From contig CM059432.1 in the NCBI GenBank assembly GCA_030390025.1, positions 148,368,001 to 148,432,000 on the forward strand: a stretch of 64,000 nucleotides of DNA, written 5' to 3'. This DNA is from Squalus acanthias. Taxonomy: Eukaryota. Both the position numbers and the translations under genes were made by a program. A model generated the notes under the pieces. It was not told the DNA's origin. It saw only the letters and a program-made list of their open reading frames with translations, and did no database searches. Shown here one piece after another: positions 49,349 through 60,230 of the stretch; the first letter of the stretch is position 1, and each line of letters opens with the position of its first letter.

Positions 49349-50172
49349 GGGCTGGATTCTGTCAGCCCCGAGGAGGCGGGTATGGAGGCGGGACTTCCGG
49401 GAAGGTTGCAGAATTTGGGGGCGGGTAGCAAACCCGCCCCCAACCCGCCTCTGTGCCCTCTTGCCAGGAGGAGGGAACCCATCCTGCCCCGGGTCCCATC
49501 TCCTCCAAGTGGGAAAGGGATTAAAGCCTTTTAACTGCCTGTTAACAGGTAGTTAACAGGCAGAAAATAGGATTATCCCCATTTTTCGCTCCGAGGTGCA
49601 GGTTTCCCGACCTCGGGGAACCCCGCCAGGGTGTAGGAGACGAGTAGGAGGTCTGCGGGGGTCTGAAAGTGCGATGTAGAGGTGAGTGATGGGTGCAAGT
49701 GTGGAGTGGTAAGTATGTGAGGTGAGTGTAAAGTGTTAGAAAATGTTCACTTACCTTTGTTTCTGCCTACAGCTTTCAGCCGCTGTGGAGCCGGAGTCCC
49801 GACATCTCCATTGTAGATTTCACAGACTGGCTGTTGGATCCTCCGAACCAACAGCCAAGTGATTTCTGCAAAGTTGAAAGGTTTGATGAGTACTGAACAC
49901 AAAAACTCATCAAACTACGCAGAATGTCAGTGTTTGACAGCTTCACAGAGCTGTCAAACAATGACATTTCTTCTTTCAAAAGTTCTTGACAGATGGCACG
50001 TCAGACGTTGATGTGCTCTGTCACTGACTTCCCCCCTAATTGGCCTGCTGAGCCCACTGGGTCAATCAGGGGAGAATCCCGCTGGTTGGCCAGAAGCTGA
50101 TGGAGGTGGGATTGAAAGCCGGCAAGCAGCAGTCCCACCTCCAAAAAGCTTCCCATTGAGAAAATCCAGCCC
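49349..50172. mobile_element. Harbinger-type MITE with CTC TSD
   Basis: TIRs GGGCTGGATTCT / AAAATCCAGCCC. CTC at 49346-49348 and 50173-50175. Both arms align with 16491-17031. Confidence 0.85.
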
Positions 50173-50584
50173 CTCATGTCCAATGTTCCCTCTAATATTT
50201 TTGGGGGGGCGCTTTAAGGGGTTGCGCGGCCCACTCAAACTTCCGCGCAGTTTTTCGATTGAGAAACCGGCAAGAGGCCTGCGTGGGAGCTTAAGGCAGC
50301 AGTGCAGCCTCGCAGCCACATAGCTGAACAGTAACATTGCTCATCTCCATCTTGTGCTGCGTTCCACAATCGATGCTTCACGCCCATCTTATGCTCCATC
50401 GTAGTTCATGTCCCATTGCACATGTCCCACGGTATGCCCCAATACCTCCTGCCCACATGTGCATCCACCTAACTGGCAATTCATGTAGAAACTCAAGCTC
50501 CATTTCCCAGCTAGTTTATAACTCACCTTGTGGTCCAACCCCTCTATAATCTCACCTCGACTGACAAACTCTATCTTATCCTGA

Positions 50585-50805
50585 ATAACAACAGAAAACG
50601 CTGGGAAAAACTCAGCAGGGCCAGGCAGCATCCGTGGAGAGAGAAACAGAGTTAGCGTTTCAGGTCGAAGACCTTTTGTCAGAACTGGAAAAAAAGCAGG
50701 AAATGAAATAGATTTAAAGCTGGTATAATGCTGGGAAAAGGGGGAGGGGATGAAAGAACAAAAGGCAAGGTCAGTGGTGGGATAGAAAGCAGGAGAGATT
50801 GAGAG
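50585..50805 (-). mobile_element. Penelope pseudo-LTR fragment with degenerate hammerhead
   Basis: Aligns to 38799-39020. The motif at about 50650-50685 reads CUGACAA...GAAACGCUA. Confidence 0.8.
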
Positions 50806-50886
50806 ACATCCTTATCCTGCACTGCATTGCCTTAACCGACAGCCCACGTCCCACTTTAGTCGTAAAAGTTGGAAGGACAAACTCAC

Positions 50887-51012
50887 CAATACTTTCCTGC
50901 CAGACTTGGTGAAGAAAGCAAAGATTGTGTGGAAGATGTTCTCCTTGTCCTGAGGTATGAAGCAGGGCTGGAGGTTCCGGTGGTAGGTACAGTTACCTCC
51001 CTCGTGTCCAAC
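50887..51012 (-). CDS. ITGA9: Integrin alpha-9 coding exon (5th from last; calf-2), VGHEGGNCTYHRNLQPCFIPQDKENIFHTIFAFFTKSGRKVL
   Basis: 126 nt. AG acceptor at 51014-51013 and GTGAGT donor at 50886-50881. The peptide matches my recollection of vertebrate ITGA9 (ENIFHTIFAFFTKSGRKVL) and splices in frame to the next exon. Confidence 0.95.
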
Positions 51013-51443
51013 CTTAACAAAGAACAAAGACAGGATCAGTGAGCATTGGACTATATTCAAATCACAAGTTGACTCGCTGAAGGGTCGTTAATTGGCTGAA
51101 TGCTGCACTTCTGAACTCTGTAAAACACCAGCTCAGTGGATGCAGACGTCTTCACAAGGTGTCAAGATGTCAATCAGCATCTTTGGCTTGTCATCAGCAG
51201 CAGTAAGAGGTCCTCTTGATTCCACAGTCCATGTGTTAGAAAGTTAAACCCTGGCCTGTAATGTCTCACTGACTGTGGTTAAAACAGCAGCCAATTCTCA
51301 GAAATATTTATATTACTGTTAAAAAAAAAAATCAGACCAATATAAATGACACAGAGCTCCATCTATCGCACCTTATTTGTAAGCCGAAAATTCACCCTGA
51401 GCTAGTCTTAATAGCCCTGATTTTAACTCGGGGCATGAATCGG

Positions 51444-51700
51444 ACGAGCGGGTGGGTGGTTAGGGGACAAGTGGGTGGGGGGAGGGGTGGGTGGGTGGTT
51501 AGGGGACGAGCGGGTGGGGGGAGGGGTGGGTGGGTGGTTAGGGGACGAGTGGGTGGGGGGAGGGGTGGGTGGGTGGTTAGGGGACGAGTGGGTGGGGGGA
51601 GGGGTGGGTGGGTGGTTAGGGGACGAGCGGGTGGGTGGGTGGTTAGGGGATGAGTGGGTGGGGGGAGGGGTGGTGAGTAGGGGACGAGTGGGGAGGGGGG
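51444..51700 (+). repeat. G-rich 39-bp minisatellite, about 6 imperfect units
   Basis: Unit GGGTGGGTGGTTAGGGGACGAGTGGGTGGGGGGAGGGGT. Shows as a 13-aa periodicity in the ORF track. Confidence 0.9.
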
Positions 51701-51954
51701 CTGGTGGAGCGGTAAGCCCCCATGACATCACCAGCATGAGGCCTGGGCGATTTGAACGCACGGGCCTCATTTCAATATGATTGACAGGCTGCCCAGCCAA
51801 TCGTATCAGGAAACTGGAAGCCCGCCTACTTTATGCGCACACAGTACTGGCAGGCCCCTCCCCCGAGGCCTATTTAAAGCAGTGATGCACCTCTTAAAGC
51901 AAGGTTGCCTTTCCTGAACACGTTCCAGGCTGTCCACACAATTGTGCTGGCCTA

Positions 51955-52170
51955 ATGAATCAGAGGGCTGGCTCAGGTTTTCTGATGCCTACCTCGAGCT
52001 CCTGGTGCAGGAGGTCAGGGCAAGGAGGGATGTATCGTTCCCCAGCACCCACAGGAGCATTCCCCATGGACAGAATTCAGCAGTCCTGGACAGATCTGAC
52101 TGACAGGGTCACTACCAACAGCATCACCCCAAGGAAGAGGTTCAATGACCTCACAAGAGCAGCAAGGGCG
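51955..52170 (+). pseudogene. Degenerate Harbinger Myb/SANT-like gene remnant
   Basis: Reads LRFSDAYLELLVQEVRARRDVSFP and, after a frameshift, QSWTDLTDRV..RKRFNDLTR. Confidence 0.65.
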
Positions 52171-52286
52171 AGCCCAGCTCTTCATCTCGACACCTCTCTC
52201 AACAACACCTAAAGAAGACAACACTCCTTTCACCCCTCCCTCACCATTCTCAGAAATTCCCTCCCCTCCATCACATCCCTCAACAT

Positions 52287-52631
52287 ATAGAAACATAGAA
52301 AAATAGGAGCAGGAGTCGGCCATTCGGCCCTTCGAGCCTGCTCCGCCATTCAATATGATCATGGCTGATCCTCTATCTCAATACCATATTCCCGCTCTCT
52401 CCCCATACCCCTTGATGCCTTTTGTGTCTAGAAATCTATCTATCTCCTTCTTAAATATATTCAGTGACTTGGCCTCCACAGCCTTCTGTGGTAGAGAATT
52501 CCACAGGTTCACCACCCTCTGAGTGAAGAAATTTCTCCTCATCTCAGTCCTAAATGTCCTACCCCGTATCCTGAGACTGTGACCCCTCGTTCTCGACCCC
52601 CCAGCCAGGGGAAACATCCTCCCTGCATCCA
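52287..52631 (-). mobile_element. CR1 3' end, young subfamily
   Basis: Near-identical to 47887-48230 and 63336-63680. Confidence 0.92.
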
Positions 52632-53309
52632 TATAATCACAAGAGCACGCTGTGACACCTCTCCTTCTCATTCCAAACACACTAACGTCTTCCTTTGCTC
52701 TCTTCACACCACACACTCTAGTTCCCTGTCAGGCAGGCAGGGTTAAAATTGGCTCCAATATCTCTGGAAACTAGCTCCAATTACACAGCTCAACTGGTTA
52801 GCCGCCACAGATAGAAGCGTCAACTTTAGCTTGTCACGCGAGTGTGGCATGCAGGGGTCAGGGCGGGCAGTAAGTCCCCATGACAGCACCAGCACGAGGT
52901 AGAGGGCCATTTTAACTTCCGGCTCTCCTTACCATCTTGGAGGATGGACTCACGGCCGAACCCGGTGGATATCACTAGGGGGCCGGTGGGCAGGAGTGGC
53001 ATTTCACACAGCAGGAGGCCGCCGCTGAGATCCGAAGGAATGAACCCGCCATAAGATATTTGGCGGGGGGGGGGCAGATGCACTTGCGGTTGAGGGAAAC
53101 CCAGGATACTCCTGTTCCTCCTGGCCCACAAAGAAACCATAAAAAAAATTTTAAATTGCAACTCGCCGAGGCCTCTTCTGGACCCAATCCTGTCTGCCTC
53201 CAGGCTTCACTGGCGGCTCTAGCACTGCTCGCGACTTGCAGGACACAGGGTTAAAACTGCATCGCGGTCTGAATGATGCCATCGCTCACCGACTTTTAAA
53301 TATTTAGGA

Positions 53310-54790
53310 GGTCTTCACCATTCGGCCCATCGAGTCTGTGCCGGCTCTCTGAAGAGCAATCCAGTCAGTCCCATTTCCCCGCTCTATCCCCGTAGCCCTG
53401 CAAGTTTATTTCCCTCAAGTGTCTATCCAGTCTCCCCTTGAAAACATTGAGTGTCTCCGCTTCCACCACTTCCATCGGCAGCGAATTCCAGGTCATCACC
53501 ACTCGCTGCGTAAAAAAGTTTTTCTTCACGTCCCCCCTGTATCACTTGCCCAAAACCTTAAATCTGTGTCCCCTAGTCCTTGTACCATCAACTAGTGGGA
53601 ACAGTCTTTCCCCGTCTAGCCTATCCAAACCCGTCATAATCTTGTATACCTCTATCAAATCACCCCTCAACCTCCTTTGCTCTAATGAAAACAAATCCAG
53701 CTTCTCCAACCTGTCCTTGTAGCTAAGATCCCCCATCCCCGGAACCATTCTGGTAAATCTCCTCTGCACCTTCTCAAGGGCCTTCACATCCTTCCTAAAG
53801 TGTGGTGACCAGAACTGGACGCAATACTCCAGTTGTGGCCTAACCAGCACTTTATAAACGTTCAGCATAACTTTTCTACTTTTGTACTCAATACCTCTAT
53901 TTATGAAGCCCAAGATCCCATATGCTTTGTTAACCACTCTCTCAATATGTCCTGCCACCTTCAGGGACCGATGCACATTAACTCCCAGGTCCCTCTGTCC
54001 CTGCACACTCTTTAAAACTGTGCCATTAAGTGTATATTGCCCTCTCCCTGTTCCTTCTGCCAAAATGCATCACCTCACACTTCTCTCTATTAAATTCCAT
54101 CTGCCACTTGTCTGCCCATTCTGCTAGCCTTTCTATGTCCTGTTGCAGTCGATTGATATCATCATCACTGTTTGCCATACCCCCAAGTTTGGTATCATCG
54201 GCAAATTTAGAAATTCTACTCTGTATTCCAATATCCAGGTCATTTATATATATCAAAAAAAGCAGTGGCCCCAGCACTGACCCTTGGGGAACACCACTGT
54301 CTACCATCCTCCAGTCTGAAAAACAGCCATTTACCATAACTCGCTGTTTTCTGTCCTTAAGCCAATTCCTTATCCAAGCTGCCACTGACCCACCTATTCC
54401 ATGAGCCTCAATTTTGTTAACCAGCCTTCTATGTGGTACTTTGTCAAACGCCTTCCGAAAATCCATGTAGACAACATCCATTGCATTCCCTTCATCAATC
54501 CTCTCTGTTACTTCATCAAAAAATTCAATTAAATTAGTCAAACATGATCTTCCTTTTACAAACCCGTGTTGGCTCTCCTTAATTAGCTTAAACCTCTCCA
54601 AGTGCCCGTTAATTTTTTTCTTGATTATTGTTTCTAAAACTTTACCCACCACTGATGTTAAACTGACTGGCCTGTAGTTACTAGGATTGTCCTTACACCC
54701 TTTCTTGAACAAAGGTGTCACATTTGTCACTTTCCAATCCTCAGGCACCTCCCCCGCATCTAGAGAAGACTGGAAAATTATGGCAAGCCC
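53310..54790 (-). mobile_element. CR1 LINE RT to 3' end
   Basis: ORFs 54026-54748 and 53542-54063 contain NYRPVSLTS, YMDFRKAFDKVPH and KFADDTK. Confidence 0.95.
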
Positions 54791-55444
54791 TAATTATTAT
54801 ATTGCTGCAATTAAACGTTACATTTACTGCTCCCAGCAGGACAATAAATGTCAGTGAAATTAACAAGATTAATCTTTAATGCAAGTGAGTGAACCCCATG
54901 GGCCTATTTTTCTATTAAACTCTATCTGAACAATGGCCACAGACTAAGATCCTGTCACTTACACCCTGTGATATCGCTTGAAGAAGAAGCTTGTTAAGAT
55001 CACATATATTAAATTAGAAGCTCTTCCCACGATGACCATCTTACCGTAGGCTGGTGTCTCCGCTGCAATGGGTCGCTGTACTGATGCTTGAAAAGATCAA
55101 TCAATCCCAATTAGAAACTGGATGTTTAATAAGCATGGAGCAGTTGATTTGAAAATAACCATTTTTGCAGAAAGTAGTTATTTCCGTAAATGCTTTAAAC
55201 AATTTTTACACTCAGTGGAGAGACTCCATTGATGGCTGAGTGGGCAAATACTCTATATGATGTTGCACCAAGCTAGAGACCGGCCTCCACTGCAGCACAA
55301 GCAGCAGCCACCCAACATCTGGGTGCTGCAGTGGAAGCTCAGACTGAAGTCATGCAAGTTCAGACTGCTGCCGTCGCGGCTGGGTTTACCAATGTGGAAA
55401 GGGGCTTGCAGGATGTCACAGCATTCCAGCAATCTGTCCTACAA

Positions 55445-56095
55445 TATGTTGTGTTGAACATGGCCGCACATCAACTTCACAATCAGCGAGTGGTAACCTT
55501 TGTGGTTGCGGTACATCTCAGCATTTAGATGTGGTGTCCGCAAAGCCACGTGCGTGCAGTCGATGGCGCCCTGCACCGTGGGGAAGTCCGCTATCCTGGC
55601 AAAGCCACGTGCACGCTCCGCCTGCTTCTCATTGGTCAGAGAGAAGACAATGAAGTTCCCTCTCCTGGCATAAAGAGCGTCTGTCATCTCTCTTATACAG
55701 CAGTGGATGGGGAACTGTGAGATGTTACAGATGTTGCCTGCTCCAGCCTGGAAGGATCCCGAGGCGAAGAAATTCAGGGATACGGTCACCTTCACAGCCA
55801 CTGGCAGCGCTGTCCTTGCCCTGGTGTGAGGCTGCAGGTCTGGTTGCAAGAAGTGGCAGAGTTCTGTGAGCACCTCCTTCCTAAAGTTCCGATGCCTCAG
55901 ACACTGCTCCTGGCTCAGGTTGAGGTAAGAGAATTGCTCTCGGAAGACCCGAGGTAGGCAAGACCTCCTGCTGAGAGCCCTTCCCCTCCTCCCTCTGTGA
56001 GCAGCTTGTCCTCTTCTTCGCCGCCTCTGCTCCATCTCCTTGTCGTGCTGCAGGCCAAGGGGTGAGACAACTAGAGCCCCCATGACTGGGAGCAA
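55445..56095 (-). pseudogene. Harbinger transposase (HARBI1-like, DDE_Tnp_4-type) N-terminal half, truncated
   Basis: LPVAVKVTVSLNFFASGSFQ, FPTVQGAIDCTHV (first catalytic Asp) and YRNHKGYHSL. The homology ends before the second Asp. TIR-like end CAAATTGTTCGCCC near 56570. Confidence 0.9.
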
Positions 56096-57699
56096 TTGGT
56101 CTGACCAGAACTTTTTAAGTCAGAAGCAAGGCCTTCTCCACTTGCAGCACCACTCCCCGTCACCTCACCAACTTTAAACAACTCTAGAAAGCTCCAAAAC
56201 ACTTCCACAAACTTACAGAGCCAGCAGAAATTAATCAGCAACTAACCAGAGAGTGGTTGATGATCCCTTTAAATATTGCTGGTGGGGGGTCCTTGCAGCT
56301 GCTGAACACATGTTCATCTGTGCGAGGTTAACACAGGGCGTTAGCTCCAGCGTTGAGGACGAAAATGGCAGCGCTGATTGACGTCACGATCTGCCTACTC
56401 TGCATACTTCTGGTGCACGCTCCCAGCACCGACGCTACCGTCCTCACCAAGATGGTGTCTGGTGTGACCTACACCAGAATTGTGCGCACGTGGTTCGGGT
56501 GCCATTTCCGAACCAAAACAGCACCCGTAGCGGCCAAACAACGGGCGCTACGCATTCAAATTGTTCGCCCCACGTCTTGGAGGATCCCCTGCAAGGCTCC
56601 ACACACCGCTGGCCGCAGATTAACTATTTATGAAGAAGTAAATTTTAAACTGTAACTCACCCCTGTAAAAAGGGCAAGACGCCACATGTAAAGTATACCT
56701 CGGAGGAAGGTCAGAAAAAGAACTCTGATGAGGAATTTTTGTTGCTGCAGTTTTCCATATAAGATGAGAAAAATCAGCACAATGTTTTCTCGTTACTTAT
56801 TAATGCATCGTTGAAATGAAGCATTCACCCTGCGTTTGCAAAACAGGAGCAGCTTGGGTTGATCAATACACACAGCACCAAGTTAAGTGGGTGCAGGGCT
56901 CAATGAATTGGTCGGCCTTTCTCTGCTGGCTGTCACACTTTAGGTAAAAATCCTCTGCCGTGGTGTGATGGATGTTAGCCCTGAAGTTTTTAAACAGGGA
57001 ATGGCGCTTATAGTGTAGGCAGGAGGGCCAATATTTGGACATCCTGGTCCCAGCGGGGAACCACAGCCAACTGAAGCACACAGCAAATTGTAGGAAAGCC
57101 CTCCATGATTTTCTGTGCATTTGAATTAATGGTCAGAAAATCATAAACACAACATGGCCAAATTTCCGACACACATTTGAGATTACCTGACAGCAGCGCA
57201 AAGTCGGAAAATTATTCCAGCGTCTGGGACTGACAATTTATTCTGGCTCCGGGCGTTAGAATGCCACCTGTCTATTGGAGGAAAATCATGGGCTGCGTGC
57301 ACACAGTTTACCAAGGTGCATTCCCCACTAGGTGTCATGGCTCATGTCATCGCCCCTTCAATCTACTTTTAAATACGTCATGGGGATGAGATTCCTCCTG
57401 TTTAAATGGCGGGGCGGGAGGGGTTATTTTGGGGAAAGGGTGCAAACAGGGTGCTGTGCTAATAAGACGCCTTTTAAAATTCTGGTTTTACCCCAGAATT
57501 TTGGGGCTAATTGTGGACTACCATGATTTAAACATGCCTGGAGGCGCTAAAACGAAGAATTGCACGTTTAGCACTCAAGCGCTGATTAGGAGCAATTTGC
57601 GTGGAGCAGTGTATGTAGCCTCCATGCACGCACTTCCACTGTAGGTCTGGAGTGTGCTGGCTGACACACAACCGCACATATCAGGATGGTTCAGGGGCT

Positions 57700-57770
57700 G
57701 AAGGACAGGGCTCACAGGTTCTCAGAGGCAGCATTGGAGATCCTGGTGGAGCAGGTACAGTGGAGGAGAA
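57700..57770 (+). pseudogene. Short Harbinger Myb-like remnant
   Basis: Reads RAHRFSEAALEILVEQVQWRR, then is cut by a SINE. Confidence 0.5.
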
Positions 57771-57950
57771 AGAAAGACTTGCATTTCTATAGCGCCTTTC
57801 ACGACCTCCAGATGTCCCAAAGCACTTCACAGCCAATGAAGTACTTTTGAAGTGTAGTCACTGATGTAATATAGGAAACGCGGCAGCCAATTTGCGCACA
57901 GCAAGCTCCCACAGCAATGTGATAATGACCAGATAATCTGATTTTGTTAT
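57768..57950 (-). mobile_element. Deu-domain SINE 3' part
   Basis: Reverse complement matches 27850-28015. Tail ...GGCGCTATAGAAATGCAAGTCTTTCTTT. Confidence 0.75.
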
Positions 57951-57959
57951 GCTTTGTTT

Positions 57960-59750
57960 TGGCTAAGTGACAGGAAACAGAGTGGTGGTGAATGGTTGTT
58001 TGTCGGACTGGAGGAATGGGTACAGTGATGTTCCCCAGGGGTCGATACTGGGACCAGTGCTTTTCTTGATATATATTAATGACTTGGACATGGGTGTACA
58101 GGGCACAATTTCAAATTTTGCAGATGACACAAAACTTGGAAGCACAGTGAACTGTGAGGAGGAGAGTGACAGACTTCAAGAGGACACAGACAGGCTGGTG
58201 AAATGGGCGGACACGTGGCAGATGAAATTTAATGCAGAAAAGTGCGAAGTGATACATTTTGATAGGAAGAACGAGGAGAGGCAATATAAACTAAAGGGTA
58301 CAATCCTAAAGGGGGTGCAGGAACAGAGAGACCTGGGGGTATATGTGCACAAATCATTGAAAGTGGCAGGGCAGGTTGAGAAAGCAGTTAAAAAAGCATT
58401 CGGGATCCTGGGCTTCATAAATAGAGGCAAAGGGAAAGATAATTTGGCATGTTAGCGTTACCCAGTTAGCGCCGCGGCGGGACGAATCCCGCGCCGGCCC
58501 CGTAGCGCCAGCAATAACAGTTAGCACCTGGGCATCTTTCGGCGTGCAGATCGTGACGTCAGTGAGCGTGCTGCGCTCACTGGGCGCCCGATCTGCAAAC
58601 TTCAGTAGCGCCCCCCCCCCCCCCGCTTTACCGCCTCGCGCCGACAGCGCCAGAGAGCGGAGGCGTGAACCAGCCGGCCGGCAGCTGGCGGGGCGCTACT
58701 TACAGGGATGCGCCCCAGCTGTCGAGGAAGTTCCGTTCCAAAGGTCAGTGATGAGTGGCCGAGAGCGCAGGATGTATCTGCAGCCAAATAAAGGCTGCTT
58801 AGTCCCCGGAGTGTTGTGGGCCGTCAAAGCACTTTGCATTTCATCCCACAGCATATCGCCATTCCGCACTCCTCGACTCCAGTGACCCTCCCCTTTAAAG
58901 GCTGGAAGGCGCCTGCGCCAATGCTCGCTCCCAATTACACAACACCTCATATTCATTATCGCTTGGAGCCTAACGCCACTCGCCTACGCCATTAGCGCCT
59001 GATTTAGCGCTCCCCTGCATTCTTTGAGCACTGAGACTGAATTTAGCGGGCAGCGAGATTAATTAGTGCCTGGCGCTAAACTTCCAACTTCTCAAAAGTT
59101 AGCGTTCCAACCGGGGCGATACCGAATTTCTAGCCCTAGAGTACAAAAGCAAGGAAGTTATGATGAACCTTTATAAAACACTGCTTCAGTCTCAACTGGA
59201 GGACTGTGTCCAATTCTGGGCACCACACTTTAGGAAAGATGTGAAGGCCTTAGAGAGGGTGCAGAAAAGATTTACGAGAATGATTCCAGAGATGAGGGAC
59301 TTCAGTTACGTGGATAGACTGGAGAAGCTGAGGTTGTTCTCCTTGGAGCAGAGAAGATTGAGAGGTGATTTGATAGAGGTGTTCAAAATCACGAGGGGTC
59401 TAGACAGAGTAGATAGAGAGAAACTGTTCCCATTGGCGGAAGGGTCAAGAACCAGAGGACACAGATTTAAGGTGATTGGCAAAAGAACCGAAGGCGACAT
59501 GAGGAAAAACATTTTTACGCAGTGAGTGGTTAGGATCTGGAATGCACTGCCTGAGAGGGTGGTGGAGGCAGATTCAATCGTGGCTTTCAAAAGGAAATTG
59601 GTTAAGTACCTGAAGGAAAAAATTTTGCAGGGCTACGGGGAAAGGGCAGGGGAGTGGGACTTGCTGAAGTCCCACTCCCCCGCTCTTCGGCACGGGCTCG
59701 ACGGGCCGAATGGCCTCCTTCTGTGCTGTAACCATTCTCTGATACTATGT
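57960..59750 (+). mobile_element. CR1 RT to 3' end, split by MITE 58432-59136
   Basis: ORF 57967-58455 (NFADDTK..GFINRG) continues as EYKSKEVMMNLYKTL after the insert. Confidence 0.92.
58432..59136. mobile_element. Harbinger-type MITE, TTAGCGCC family (related to 13741-14603)
   Basis: Right end GGGGCGATACCGAATTTCTAGCCC is nearly identical to that of 13741-14603. Inserted at the GGC-ATA-GAG site of CR1, with an imperfect TSD. Confidence 0.82.
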
Positions 59751-60071
59751 TGATTGAGGGATAAATATTGACCAGGGCAGGACAATCTTTCTTTCTACAA
59801 TAGCCACCAAAGGTAAGCACCAGGGTGAATAGTTTAATATTTTTAAGTGCTGTTGGTTGGGTCATGTTTTCATTGTTTGTTTTTGGTATAGATAAAGAGT
59901 AATTATGCTAATTGGGCAGTTCTGGAATTGGTGGTCTTTTTTATTGTGTTCTTCATGGGGAAGGGGTTGATGGGATTGAGTGCAGATGATGGACTTCCTG
60001 ATGGATCCTCAGTTGTGGAAGGTAAGGCATGTGACCAGAGCGCTCCGAAGTCTGATAGTGGAGGATGTCTC

Positions 60072-60230
60072 TTAAAAGCGCTCTTTATTTAGATGTCGGC
60101 AATCGTTCCTCCCAGGTGCGGGCCGTCTACCTGGAACTCTCTGGTCCCCCTCCTCTTTCTCAACCTGCTTCTCCTCAACCCCCTCCTCCTCCTCTTTCTC
60201 TTGTCGCTCCTGAACTTGACCCTCCGGCAC
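60072..60230 (-). pseudogene. Possible Harbinger transposase C-terminal remnant
   Basis: Acidic run followed by GRNDCRHLNKERF*, resembling HARBI1-type C-termini. TAGCG-rich arm at 60400-60750. Confidence 0.4.

Noticed and set aside
51423..51800. CRISPR-like array or proline-rich protein
   Set aside because: Tandem units without unique spacers, no cas genes and a vertebrate context. It is a minisatellite.
55439..56095. Domesticated host HARBI1 gene
   Set aside because: Truncated before the rest of the catalytic triad, next to a TIR-like end and inside an intron. Better explained as a transposon relic.
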